Virus record (IMG/VR): IMGVR_UViG_3300043400_000036
Coordinates: 1 to 39,122 of that record
Length of the DNA: 39,122 bases
Direction: 5' to 3' (one strand)
DNA from: a virus
Taxonomy: Duplodnaviria; Caudoviricetes
The position numbers and the translations under genes were made by a program. Every line of letters begins with the position of its first letter. Position 1 is the first letter of the stretch. Below, one piece after another: positions 18,121-27,330 of the stretch. The notes beneath the pieces were generated by a model. It was not told the DNA's origin and did no database searches. It worked only from the letters and a program-made list of their open reading frames with translations.

Positions 18121-18191
18121 TTCCTTTCGGTGGGTGAGGGGTAAACAATATGCCCGAGGATTCAGACATATTGGCAACCCCTCGGGGTTGC
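18121..18191 (-). repeat. double-hairpin/RBS intergenic element, copy A
   Basis: Minus strand: GCAACCC-CGAG-GGGTTGC CAATATGTCTG-AATCCT-CGGGCATATTG TTTACCCCTCACCCACCGAAAGGAA. Confidence 0.92.
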
Positions 18192-18198
18192 GGAAAGA

Positions 18199-18936
18199 TC
18201 AAGGCACGATAGGGGCTGCGGGGTTTTGCGCGTGTGCGCGAGCCATGGCGAGCGCATGAGCCCGGCTTACGGTGGCGGGCAAGGGCACGGGTGCGCCCGA
18301 GGGCGTCGTCAGCACGAGTGTTCGCCCACCGACCCCATACCGCTCGGTCAGTACCACCTCCCCGGTGTCGCACGCGACGTGCCACGACGTCGATAGCCCA
18401 TCAGCAGCGTCCACGCGACGAACCTTTGGGGGCACAAGTCGGAAACGGCAAACCAACCCCTCGCCGCCGCAACGGCCGCGCCACACACGGCCGTCCGGAG
18501 TGCGCACCGTGAACAGGAAGAAGTCCTTCCACGACAGCGGGGACCAGTGGGCGCCGAACGGGAGGGGGATGCGCACGCACCGGACCACCTCAGCGAGCAG
18601 GCCGCCAGCCCATGTGCGCACATCTACGCGGTTCGGCCCGATATACCCGGTCCACCGTGTCGCGGAGGGGTTGCGGAGACGGGCACGTGCAACCAGCGCG
18701 GCGCCGATGCGCGACACGGCGGTGCCACCCAGCTCTTGCCCGCCATCCACAGGCAGCCGTTCGCCAGTGATCGGGCACGCCCCCCGCTGGTGGGTGTAGG
18801 TACCAACCACAATCACTCGTTCGCAGTCCCACATACCCGTTTCGGCACCGATCAACAGTCGTGCGCCGGCTGTCGATGCGGCCGTGACGGTGATGACGGG
18901 CTTCCCGGATGCATCAAGCTGGGTGTAATGGTTCAT
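18199..18936 (-). CDS. hypothetical early protein
   Basis: GAGGGGG RBS before MNHYTQLD; stop lies 7 nt before element A. Confidence 0.6.
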   Translation of the reverse strand: MNHYTQLDASGKPVITVTAASTAGARLLIGAETGMWDCERVIVVGTYTHQRGACPITGERLPVDGGQELGGTAVSRIGAALVARARLRNPSATRWTGYIGPNRVDVRTWAGGLLAEVVRCVRIPLPFGAHWSPLSWKDFFLFTVRTPDGRVWRGRCGGEGLVCRFRLVPPKVRRVDAADGLSTSWHVACDTGEVVLTERYGVGGRTLVLTTPSGAPVPLPATVSRAHALAMARAHAQNPAAPIVP

Positions 18937-18947
18937 GCCCCCCTCGC

Positions 18948-19154
18948 TCACTTCGCACACCATATTGCGAGGCCATTGTGCGCCGACACGATCACGCATT
19001 CGTGTGCGCCGACCATGCGCACCTCGGTGTGCGTGGCGACCAGTGGCTCGCGGGACTCCCCCGCCTCCAGCGCGCTAAGCGCGGCGCCGGCAACGGACAC
19101 GAACGTGGCTATTATCACCACGGGGGCGATGAGTGATTTCAGGTTCTCAGACAT
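18948..19154 (-). CDS. small membrane/secreted early protein
   Basis: MSENLKSLIAPVVIIATFVSVAG, hydrophobic N-terminus; follows the element B RBS. Confidence 0.6.
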   Translation of the reverse strand: MSENLKSLIAPVVIIATFVSVAGAALSALEAGESREPLVATHTEVRMVGAHECVIVSAHNGLAIWCAK

Positions 19155-19160
19155 GGTGGG

Positions 19161-19230
19161 TTCCTTTCGGTCGGTGAGGGTAAACAATATGCCCGTGGAT
19201 TCAGACATATTGGCAACCCCTCGGGGTTGC
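19161..19230 (-). repeat. double-hairpin/RBS intergenic element, copy B
   Basis: Near-identical to copy A. Confidence 0.92.
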
Positions 19231-19239
19231 GTGCGACCG

Positions 19240-19476
19240 TTAACGGGTCACATCCGGCACGCGGGCCGCCAGTTTCGCCGCGTCACGGGCTGCGAGCGCC
19301 TTATCCCGCGTCGCCGTGGCTTTCGCCATCTGGCCTGCGGCCTTCAACTCCCTCGTTTCGGCGCGGAGCGCCTTCGTTTCGGCGCGGAGCGCCGCCAGCT
19401 CGGCCGACGGCGCAGCGTCAGCCGCACCCGCGTAGGCTGCGCACACGGCGCAGAGGACGATAAACAGGTATTTCAT
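19240..19476 (-). CDS. small signal-peptide/coiled-coil early protein
   Basis: MKYLFIVLCAVCAAYAGA signal-like segment, then an ALRAET duplication. Confidence 0.6.
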   Translation of the reverse strand: MKYLFIVLCAVCAAYAGAADAAPSAELAALRAETKALRAETRELKAAGQMAKATATRDKALAARDAAKLAARVPDVTR

Positions 19477-19480
19477 GGGG

Positions 19481-19547
19481 TTCCTTTCGGGTGAGGGTTT
19501 AACAATATGCCCGTGGGCTGGACATATTGGCAACCCCTCCGGGCTGC
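19481..19547 (-). repeat. double-hairpin/RBS intergenic element, copy C
   Basis: Minus strand: GCAGCCC-GGAG-GGGTTGC CAATATGTCC-AGCCCAC-GGGCATATTG ... CCGAAAGGAA. Confidence 0.9.
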
Positions 19548-19560
19548 GTGGTGCGCGATG

Positions 19561-20040
19561 CTAGCCGCGCACGTACCATGCGATGTCCCCGTCGCCCACC
19601 GAGTACCTGTCGATCCGCAGCCCTCTGCCGGCAGCCGCACGCCGCACGTCCACGTTGGCCATCGCCACCTCCAGCGCCTTCCGCGCGACGTCCGCCGCCC
19701 CCGCCGCAGCTTCGTAGCGGACGTATGCGCTACCGTAGCGGTACACCGCATGCACCAGCGCCTCCCGCCCCGCCCACAGATCCAGCCAGCGGCCTCGGAC
19801 GTCTTCAAACTCCCTCGCGCGGGGGGAGTCGGCCACCGCTGCTGCTATTTCCGCACAGGTCACGTCAGGGGCGGCCATCGCCGCCATCACATCCCCCTCA
19901 ATCTCACACATTCGTTCTGCCAGCGCCCGAAGCGCGGCTTCCCGCGCCGTGAGCGCCGTCATCTCGCGGGAGGCTTCGTGGGCGGCCCACGCGCTGTCCC
20001 GCGCGGTGACTGCGGCGATGTAGGTGGTGACAACTCTCAT
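19561..20040 (-). CDS. hypothetical early protein
   Basis: MRVVTTYIAA follows the element D RBS; stop lies 13 nt before element C. Confidence 0.65.
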   Translation of the reverse strand: MRVVTTYIAAVTARDSAWAAHEASREMTALTAREAALRALAERMCEIEGDVMAAMAAPDVTCAEIAAAVADSPRAREFEDVRGRWLDLWAGREALVHAVYRYGSAYVRYEAAAGAADVARKALEVAMANVDVRRAAAGRGLRIDRYSVGDGDIAWYVRG

Positions 20041-20046
20041 GGTGAG

Positions 20047-20116
20047 TCCTTTCGATGGGTGAGGGGTGAACAATATGCCCGTGGAGACAGACGTATTGGC
20101 AACCCCTCGGGGTTGC
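20047..20116 (-). repeat. double-hairpin/RBS intergenic element, copy D
   Basis: Minus strand: GCAACCC-CGAG-GGGTTGC CAATACGTCTG-TCTCCA-CGGGCATATTG ... CGAAAGGA. Confidence 0.9.
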
Positions 20117-20124
20117 ATACGTAA

Positions 20125-20469
20125 TCAGACTGCCCAGACCCCGAACGGCATCCATGCGTGCGGGGTGGTTGAGCGATGCCAGACAGCATCCGCAGTTTGG
20201 TACATCAGCCCCGACAGGTCATCATGCGCGATGCACACCGCCCTCACCCCCTCCACGTCCTGCACGTAAACGAAGATACTGGTCAGGCTTTCCACGACCG
20301 TGTAGGCTGTGGACATGTCCATTTCTCGCCCCTGATCTGTGGCGAGCCACAAGGCTTGATCCAGCTCGGTGCCAGCAGCCAGCGCAGCGTGCGCTGCGCG
20401 GAGCACGCTTGCAATCCGGCGCGTCGCTCTACTGAGGTGCTCTTGGCTGGTCTTCGGGGTGGTGTTCAT
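20125..20469 (-). CDS. hypothetical protein, first gene of the early array
   Basis: CCGAAAGGAA RBS; upstream TGC-TATACT extended -10 at about 20505-20513. Confidence 0.65.
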   Translation of the reverse strand: MNTTPKTSQEHLSRATRRIASVLRAAHAALAAGTELDQALWLATDQGREMDMSTAYTVVESLTSIFVYVQDVEGVRAVCIAHDDLSGLMYQTADAVWHRSTTPHAWMPFGVWAV

Positions 20470-20630
20470 AGTGGGTTCCTTTCGGGGGTTTGCTTCAGTG
20501 GCTCCAGTATAGCACAGCACACATAGATGACATATAGATTGCCCATATTAATGTCATGGATATAAACGTCATACGATTGGGCCAAAGCGCCGCCCACCCT
20601 CGAAAACGACGTACAAATCCGGGCTTTTCG

Positions 20631-21110
20631 ACCAAACCCCCAAACCCCCAAGCCCCCAAGCCCCCAAAATACCGGCCCGCCCGCGAAAACGACGCAGAAA
20701 TCGGCCCTTTTCGGCCAAACCCCCAAACCCCGAAGCCCCCAAGCCCCCAAAATACCGGTCAGCCAAGCCCCAAAATAGCCCCAAGCCCCGGAAATCACCA
20801 AGAAATTCACACTCATGCGGTATTTGCAGGGGCTGCGACAGCTTGGCGGCTTCGGGGCGATGGTGCGATGGTGCGATGGTGCGATGGTGCGATGGTGCGC
20901 GACCAGTCACTCGGGGAGCCGCGCCAGCGAAACAGCGAAGTGGACTCAGCCCCCGTGGCGCTGCGGTCCGTGGCCAGGTGGGCGGGCGAGGCAGGCTTGG
21001 GGGCAGGGGTGCTGCGGGGCTTCGCGGCTTGGGGCGGGGGTGCTGCGGGGCTTCGCGGCTTTGGGGCGGGGGCGCTGCGGGGCGCTGCGGGGTGCTGCGG
21101 GGCGCTCGCT
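20631..21110. repeat. non-coding strand-skewed repeat block
   Basis: Duplicated C-run block (20631-20681 / 20714-20764), (GCGATGGT)5 at 20857-20896, and ~31-bp G-rich repeats at about 20995-21105. Confidence 0.85.
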
Positions 21111-21256
21111 GCGCTCGTCGGTCGAGCCGGCTGAGGCCGGGGGCTGGGGAATCCAGGGGTTCGCAAGCTCACCCCATACAAAATAGGGTTTGACAAGGAC
21201 GATTTTCAAAATTTTTCTGCGGTAGAATGCTGCTATGTAACTACCACACTAGAGAT

Positions 21257-22690
21257 ATGTCACGCTTGGCACGCCTAGCGGCCCTGGTCCGCGAAAACAT
21301 CGTCGAGAGCACACCGCCAGACGCACGCCCGGCGCACGCCCCCGAAGCCGCGAAGTCCGCGAAGCTCGCCTCGGCGCGGCACATCCGCCGGCTGCCCACC
21401 GACGCAGCAGACCCCGCCGACCCGGCCGAAGCCCCCGAAGACATCTCGTTCACCATGGCGCCCACCCCCGCCGACCCAACGGACCCCACGCCCCGCGCCG
21501 AGACACGCGGGCGCCCCCTGAACGCGCCCCAAGCCCCTGCGCTGCCTCGCGGGTGCGGCAAGCGCATCACCCCCGAGCCGGCGCTGCCGCCCGCCGCCCC
21601 GGCCATCGAGAGCTACCAGCCCCCAGCCAAGCCGCTGCCGCCCAGCAAGTTCAACGCCATGACCCAGCCCAGGATCGAGCTGTCCGTCGCCGACATCGCC
21701 CGGCCGTACACCGGGCTGCCGAAGGGTATGCCCGTGCCGCACCCCGACGCGCCGCTCGACGCCGAGGTGCAGCCCAACACCCGCCCGTCCACGCTCATGA
21801 CCGGCGCGGTGGTCTGGGGCCGCCAGCGCAGCCGGATGACCAAGCTGCGTGGTGGCCTTGGCCCTACCACCATCGCTCGCCACGAGTGGTTTGAGCGGCA
21901 CGCGGACGACATCTACGCCTTCGCCCGGATGCGGAGCCGCGAAAAGGTGGTGCGCCAGCAGATGATGAGCAACCTCAACGAGCCTTCCCGTGGTGTGATC
22001 GGATGGGAAGAGTTCCTGGCGGGTCTGCTGGACGAGCACGGCGCCGAGCTGCTGACCATCAAGGACATGGTGGACATGCCGCCCGAGTTCCAGATCCGCG
22101 TGGACGAGCTGGGCACCTTCCACGGCCTGCTGATGGACCTGCAGCGGTGGGCGCGGCTGACCACGGTGCCGCTGACCGTCGCCGAGGTGGCCGCGAGCCA
22201 GCCCCACGAGGTCGAAGAGCTGTGGCAGGGCCTGCTGGACGCCATCGCCGACGCCGAGATGATCCCCTCCATCGCTCAGATGTGGGGCTGCACCACCACG
22301 GACCTGAGCGCATTCGTCGCGGCGTACACCTCGAAGACGAAGGGCGCCCGCGCCAAGCTCATGGACGCGGTGGATCGGGGGCTGGAGTACCTGACGACCA
22401 AGACTGCCGATGACATCGACCGGCGGCTGTCCTCAGGCGTCAAGCTGACCAACGGCGAGTACCTGGCCGCCCAGTCCAAGCTGAACAACTTCCGCACGCT
22501 GGTGCTGCGCCTGACCGGCTCGAATTACGCCGCGCCGGCCGCCCAGGCGCTCACCGTCAAGGCCGACGCGCTGGCCGGCGGCACGATGCAGATCAACCTG
22601 ACATACAAGCAGCCCGCCCCCTCGCTCTCCGATTCGACGGATAATGACGTGATCGACGTGTTTGCATACGCCCCGAAGGCGATTCCATGA
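21257..22690 (+). CDS. hypothetical protein in the terminase small-subunit position
   Basis: ATGA-coupled to TerL; Pro/Ala-rich N-terminus; HTH-like IPSIAQMWGCTTTDL. The function is inferred from position only. Confidence 0.55.
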   Translation: MSRLARLAALVRENIVESTPPDARPAHAPEAAKSAKLASARHIRRLPTDAADPADPAEAPEDISFTMAPTPADPTDPTPRAETRGRPLNAPQAPALPRGCGKRITPEPALPPAAPAIESYQPPAKPLPPSKFNAMTQPRIELSVADIARPYTGLPKGMPVPHPDAPLDAEVQPNTRPSTLMTGAVVWGRQRSRMTKLRGGLGPTTIARHEWFERHADDIYAFARMRSREKVVRQQMMSNLNEPSRGVIGWEEFLAGLLDEHGAELLTIKDMVDMPPEFQIRVDELGTFHGLLMDLQRWARLTTVPLTVAEVAASQPHEVEELWQGLLDAIADAEMIPSIAQMWGCTTTDLSAFVAAYTSKTKGARAKLMDAVDRGLEYLTTKTADDIDRRLSSGVKLTNGEYLAAQSKLNNFRTLVLRLTGSNYAAPAAQALTVKADALAGGTMQINLTYKQPAPSLSDSTDNDVIDVFAYAPKAIP

Positions 22691-24237
22691 GCACCAGCCC
22701 CGAGTTCGAAAACACCCTGCTGTCCTACGCGGCCCCCGACCGCGTGATGGCTCAGATGCACGCCTCGGACGCCGAGATTCGGTACAGCCGTGGACCTCGC
22801 GGATCGGGCAAGTCCTCATCGAACCTCATGGACCTGTGGGCCGCCACGACCCGGATGCCGCCCTGCCTGGACGGCACGCGCCGCGCCCGGTGGCTCATCG
22901 CTCGCGCCACCTACCCCAGTCTGGAGCGCACGGTGATCAAGACCGTCGAGTCATGGTTCGGGAACATGGCCGTCACGCGCCACACGATCCCGCCGGTGAC
23001 GAACATCAAGGCCACCGACGCCAGCGGCCCGATCGAGTGCGAGTTCGTCTACATGGCGCTCCCCGACAAGCCCTCCCTGCAGCACCTCCGCTCCTTCGAG
23101 TTGACCGGGGCGTTCCTGAACGAGGTCATCGAGCTGCCACTGGACGTGATCGGGCAGGTGACAGGCTCGATCGGGCGGTTCCCGGCGGCCCGCGACTTCG
23201 ACCCCCGGCTGCAGCGTGGCAAGAACGGCGAAACCGTCTCGCCCTACCGCTCGTTCATCCTGGCCGACACCAACCCCGCCGACGAGGACCACATCTGGCG
23301 CACCGACTTCGAGGACGATCTGCCGCCGAACGCGCAGGCGTTCATCCAGGAGGGGGCCTACATCGAGCTGACGGAGCGCGAAGCCGGGATCTACTTCGAG
23401 CACAACCCGGCCATGAAGGCGCTCGCCATCGCCCGGTTCGGGCACATCTACATCCCGAACCCACGGGCCACCTACGCTCGGATCGTGCCCGGCGGGTTCA
23501 ACTACTGGGCGCGGATGATCCGTGCGGCCACGAACCGGGGCGAAATCAGCACCCTGGTGTGCAACAAGTGGGCCGCCACCGTCGCGGGCAAGCCGGTGTG
23601 GGAGACGTTCGACACCCGTGTCCACGTCGCCAACACGGAGCTTCAGTCGGTCGCCGGGCTGCGCCTGGAGGTGGGGCTGGACCACTCGGGTCTGCACCCC
23701 AGCGCGGCGATCGGGCAGATGGTGGCGGGGCAGCTCGTGGTCTATGACGCGCTGTACGACCCGACCAGCACCGGCACCACCGGGTTCGCCGACTTCCTCG
23801 ACCATGGGCTGCTGCCCACCCTGGCCGAGTTCCACCCCGGCGCCCAGGTGCATATCACCCTCGACCCCGCCATCGCTCGCGCCCAGATCGACATGCGCAC
23901 CGTGCTCGACGTGCTGGCCGAGCGCGGCCTGGCGGCGAACCCTGCCCACACCAACGCCATCCGCCCCCGGATCGAGACGGTCGCCCGGCGCCTGTCCCGG
24001 CGCGGGGGCCTGCTGGTGTCGGCCGGGCCGCGCACCAAGCCCATCCGCAAGGCGCTGGGCGGGGGCTACCACTACCCCGAGACGGCCAGCGGGGCGCACA
24101 GCGCCGAGCCGGCGAAGAACGCCGCGTCGCACCCGGCGGACGCGCTGCAGTACCTGTCCCTGGCCTACGACATGCCTTACTCCCGCGCCAGCGGTGGCTC
24201 GTCCACCGGCGCAGTTTCCACGAGGATCGCACGATGA
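22687..24237 (+). CDS. terL: terminase large subunit
   Basis: Walker A GPRGSGKS, Walker B variant TGAFLNE, coupling motif DTNP, nuclease motifs VGLD and SHPADALQY. Confidence 0.92.
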   Translation: MSTSPEFENTLLSYAAPDRVMAQMHASDAEIRYSRGPRGSGKSSSNLMDLWAATTRMPPCLDGTRRARWLIARATYPSLERTVIKTVESWFGNMAVTRHTIPPVTNIKATDASGPIECEFVYMALPDKPSLQHLRSFELTGAFLNEVIELPLDVIGQVTGSIGRFPAARDFDPRLQRGKNGETVSPYRSFILADTNPADEDHIWRTDFEDDLPPNAQAFIQEGAYIELTEREAGIYFEHNPAMKALAIARFGHIYIPNPRATYARIVPGGFNYWARMIRAATNRGEISTLVCNKWAATVAGKPVWETFDTRVHVANTELQSVAGLRLEVGLDHSGLHPSAAIGQMVAGQLVVYDALYDPTSTGTTGFADFLDHGLLPTLAEFHPGAQVHITLDPAIARAQIDMRTVLDVLAERGLAANPAHTNAIRPRIETVARRLSRRGGLLVSAGPRTKPIRKALGGGYHYPETASGAHSAEPAKNAASHPADALQYLSLAYDMPYSRASGGSSTGAVSTRIAR

Positions 24238-24806
24238 TCGACGACAAGACCTTCTTCGCCCTGCTGGGTACGACCGCCGACAAGGTGCGCCGGCCCAGCG
24301 AGCACAGCTACCACGGGCGCGGCGCCATGACGCTCTTCGGGGTCAACACACCGGTCCGCCTCGCCATGTTCCTGGCGAACGTCGGTCACGAGACGGGCAG
24401 CCTGCAGTGGATGGAGGAAATCTGGGGGCCCACGCCGCAGCAGCGCCGCTACGACACCGCGCTGGCGAACACCCTGGGCAACAGCCAGCCGGGGGACGGG
24501 AAACGGTTTCGCGGGCGTGGGCCGCTCATGCTCACGGGCCGGGCCAACTACCGCGACTACACCAGCTACCTGGCTGGCAACGTGGTCACGTTCAAGGACG
24601 ACCTCACGGTCAACCCCGAGCTGGTGGCGCTGCCCTACGTCGGCTGGCTGACGGCCGGGGCCTACTGGCAGCGCCAAAACCTCGGAAAGATCGCGGATAC
24701 TGGCGACTTCACGCTGATGTGCAAGCGGATCAACGGTGGCACAATCGGCCTCGACGACCGCAAGGCGCGGTACGCCCGCAACCTCGAAATACTGGACCTG
24801 TCATGA
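24234..24806 (+). CDS. GH19 chitinase-like endolysin
   Basis: FLANVGHETG, GDG.RFRGRG.LMLTGRANY, RINGG..GLDDR. Confidence 0.92.
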   Translation: MIDDKTFFALLGTTADKVRRPSEHSYHGRGAMTLFGVNTPVRLAMFLANVGHETGSLQWMEEIWGPTPQQRRYDTALANTLGNSQPGDGKRFRGRGPLMLTGRANYRDYTSYLAGNVVTFKDDLTVNPELVALPYVGWLTAGAYWQRQNLGKIADTGDFTLMCKRINGGTIGLDDRKARYARNLEILDLS

Positions 24807-25276
24807 GCGTCACCTCGTTCCTCTGCCCCCGCTGGACCCTGAAACTCAACCCGCCGATGGAGGCCGCACTCCACGAATGGGCGCAAAGCCTGGACATGCT
24901 GGTGGCGGAAGACACCTCGGCTGCCGAGTGGACGGACATGATCGAGCACGCCAGCCAGCGCGGCCAGCGGCTGCCGGACCTGAGCGGCGCGGACTGGGAG
25001 CTGAACTGGTGGGGCGAGTTCGGCCGCCGGATGCACGCGCTGCTGACGGTCGGGACCGACTGCGGGTGCTGCCACGGGTGGCGCGTCTACGCGGCGGTGC
25101 TGGTCGCCCAGCTCCCGTTCCTGCTGCTGGGGCTGGTCAACCTGGTGCTCGACGTGACGATCAAGCCGGGCGGCCTGGCCGCCATGCTGATCCTGTGGAA
25201 CGTCAACCTGCTGGTCGTTCTGTGGCTGGCGGGCCGCTCGGCGCTGCGACACAAGGAATTGACAGAACGTGAGTGA
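24803..25276 (+). CDS. membrane protein with TDCGCC motif (possible lysis accessory)
   Basis: ATGA-coupled start MSVTSF; two C-terminal hydrophobic helices. Confidence 0.6.
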   Translation: MSVTSFLCPRWTLKLNPPMEAALHEWAQSLDMLVAEDTSAAEWTDMIEHASQRGQRLPDLSGADWELNWWGEFGRRMHALLTVGTDCGCCHGWRVYAAVLVAQLPFLLLGLVNLVLDVTIKPGGLAAMLILWNVNLLVVLWLAGRSALRHKELTERE

Positions 25277-25294
25277 GCACTTACCATCCGCGCC

Positions 25295-27325
25295 ATGACC
25301 AACATGACTGTCACCCCGCGTCCGACGACAGCACGCGTCAGCATCGCCACGGCGCAGGCCACGGCGGCGACGGAACTTGCCACGTTGGTGCGCGATCGGT
25401 ACATGCAGGCCAAGATGTACCGCTCACAGGGCAGCTCCGGCCCAGGCGGGCGCAGCGTCAACACGCTGATGAGTCGCGCCCGTTCGCTCTACGAAGGGCT
25501 GCTGTCGCCCGCGCAGATGCAGCTCTCCGAGGACGTGGCCGGGGTGAAGCTCAACCTGGTGCGCCGCAAGGCCAAGATCCTGCGGGCGTGGATGACGGAC
25601 GTGACCAACGCCCACATCGACGGCCTGCTGACGATCGACCCCACGCCGGTGCCGGCCCTGTCGCACACGGCGCGGGAGACGGTGCGGTCGGAGGTGTGGC
25701 AGGCGCTGGTCGCCAAGCTCAAGGAGCAAGGCTACGCCGCCGACGACGCCGCGCTGGCGATGATGCCGCCCGACGTGCGTGCGGAGGTGTCGAAGTGGCT
25801 TGCGGCCGAGGTGAAGAACCTCAAGGCCAAAGCCATCAGCCGCGAGGTGGCGCTGGCCGCCGACGCCGCCAAGAGCATGGAGCGGCTGATCCACGATCAG
25901 CTCCTGGAGGCGGGGTTCCGCAGCGAGTACAGCGCGTGGATCACCGATTTCGTGTCGATGCCTTACGCGGTCCTGAAGGGTCCGGTCGTCGAGCCGGTGC
26001 GCACGGCGGGGTGGACCGGCGATCGCTACGGGATGCGTGACGTGATGCGCGTCGGGGTGCGACGGGTCAACCCGTACAACTTCGTGTGGGCGCCGGACAG
26101 CCGCTGCCCGCAGTCGGGCGCCTACGTCGTCGAGTGCATCCCGACCCGCAAGGACCAGCTCATGCAGATGGCGCGGTCGCCGCACTGGCACACCCGCGAG
26201 GTGCTGGCCGCCCTGGAGTATTTCCAAGGTGGCGGGCCACACGACTGGCTGAGCCACAACCCCATGTCCTCGACCGGCACGGGGATCGGCTGGCCGCTGC
26301 ACGGCACCATCGATCGCCTGCAGATGCACGGGCTGTTCTCCGGCCGGGAGCTGGAGCGGTACAACCTGGGCGCCGGGCTGGAACCCTACGAGTTCGTGGA
26401 GGCGGTGATCACGGTCATCGGCCCGTTCGTCATCCAGGCCCGACTGCAGAACGTCACCCTGGGCGGGCTGCGCCCCTACTACACGGCCAGCTTCGAGCCG
26501 AGCGCCGACACCCTCTGTGGGAGCGGCCTGCCGAACGAGCTGGACGACATTCAGACGGCCGCCTACGCGGCGTTCTGGTCGATGATGCGCAATGCGGGCT
26601 ACGCCTCGGGCGCCCGTGGTGAGGTGGACTTCAGCCGGATCGCGCAGCACATCCCCGCCGGCATGACGCCTGAGCAGGTGCTGGCGCAGCCGTTCCACTT
26701 CGTCTCGCCGGACGTGGCGCGGACCACGGGTGCCAACGGCGCGTTCAAGTTCCACAACATCCCGATGAACGTCCCGATGTACCGGGAGCTGCTGGGGTTC
26801 CTGGAGCGCGAGGCGGACGACGAGAGCGGCATCCCGGCCATCGCCGGTGGCGAGCTGCAGCAGGCCACCGTGGGCCGGGCGTTCCGGTCGGTGGCAACGC
26901 TCTACGGCGCGGCCACCAAGCGGATCAAGCAGGTGCTCACGAACGTGGACCAGACCGTCCTGAGCAACCTGGGCGCGGCCATGTATCACCACAACATGCT
27001 GTACGCGCTCGACGAGCACCCCGAGTTCATCAACCTCGACGCAAGCGTCAAGGCACGGGGCACGGCCGGGCTGCTGGAGCAAGAGCTGAAGAACCAGGCG
27101 GCGGTCGAGGCACTGCAGGCCGCGCCGGGGCTGGTGCAGCTCGCCCAGCTCGGCGGCACGCAGCTCCCCTCCGGGCTGGTCAACTCGATCGTGGCGAACG
27201 CCGCGAAGGGCCTGGGGGTCGATGTGTCGGCCTACCCGGAACTCACGGCTGACGGCGCGTTCACGCGCGCTGTCGATCAGGCCGCCATCAACAACATGGG
27301 ACCGGCGGCACCGCCCGCCGTGTGA
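25295..27325 (+). CDS. portal protein (probable)
   Basis: 676-aa, largely helical; RRVNPYNFVWAPD, GSGLP...DIQ, ADDESGIP and ASVKARG features resemble podoviral portals; lies downstream of TerL. Confidence 0.75.
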   Translation: MTNMTVTPRPTTARVSIATAQATAATELATLVRDRYMQAKMYRSQGSSGPGGRSVNTLMSRARSLYEGLLSPAQMQLSEDVAGVKLNLVRRKAKILRAWMTDVTNAHIDGLLTIDPTPVPALSHTARETVRSEVWQALVAKLKEQGYAADDAALAMMPPDVRAEVSKWLAAEVKNLKAKAISREVALAADAAKSMERLIHDQLLEAGFRSEYSAWITDFVSMPYAVLKGPVVEPVRTAGWTGDRYGMRDVMRVGVRRVNPYNFVWAPDSRCPQSGAYVVECIPTRKDQLMQMARSPHWHTREVLAALEYFQGGGPHDWLSHNPMSSTGTGIGWPLHGTIDRLQMHGLFSGRELERYNLGAGLEPYEFVEAVITVIGPFVIQARLQNVTLGGLRPYYTASFEPSADTLCGSGLPNELDDIQTAAYAAFWSMMRNAGYASGARGEVDFSRIAQHIPAGMTPEQVLAQPFHFVSPDVARTTGANGAFKFHNIPMNVPMYRELLGFLEREADDESGIPAIAGGELQQATVGRAFRSVATLYGAATKRIKQVLTNVDQTVLSNLGAAMYHHNMLYALDEHPEFINLDASVKARGTAGLLEQELKNQAAVEALQAAPGLVQLAQLGGTQLPSGLVNSIVANAAKGLGVDVSAYPELTADGAFTRAVDQAAINNMGPAAPPAV

Positions 27326-27330
27326 CGATC

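Noticed and set aside
17254-20116. CRISPR array or integron attC array
   Set aside because: The intervening sequences are 250-970-bp coding genes, not spacers. There is no cas operon or integrase, and the elements lack attC R''/R' box architecture.
20466-21209. ORFs across the repeat block
   Set aside because: The translations are low-complexity products of DNA repeats in several frames and lack RBSs.
21190-21228. Canonical TTGACA/TAGAAT promoter
   Set aside because: The hexamers are 27 nt apart, too far for a single sigma70 promoter.
22687-24237. Inactive terminase because Walker B reads FLNE
   Set aside because: An NE variant occurs in other phage TerL proteins as I recall, the catalytic Glu is retained, and all other motifs are intact.
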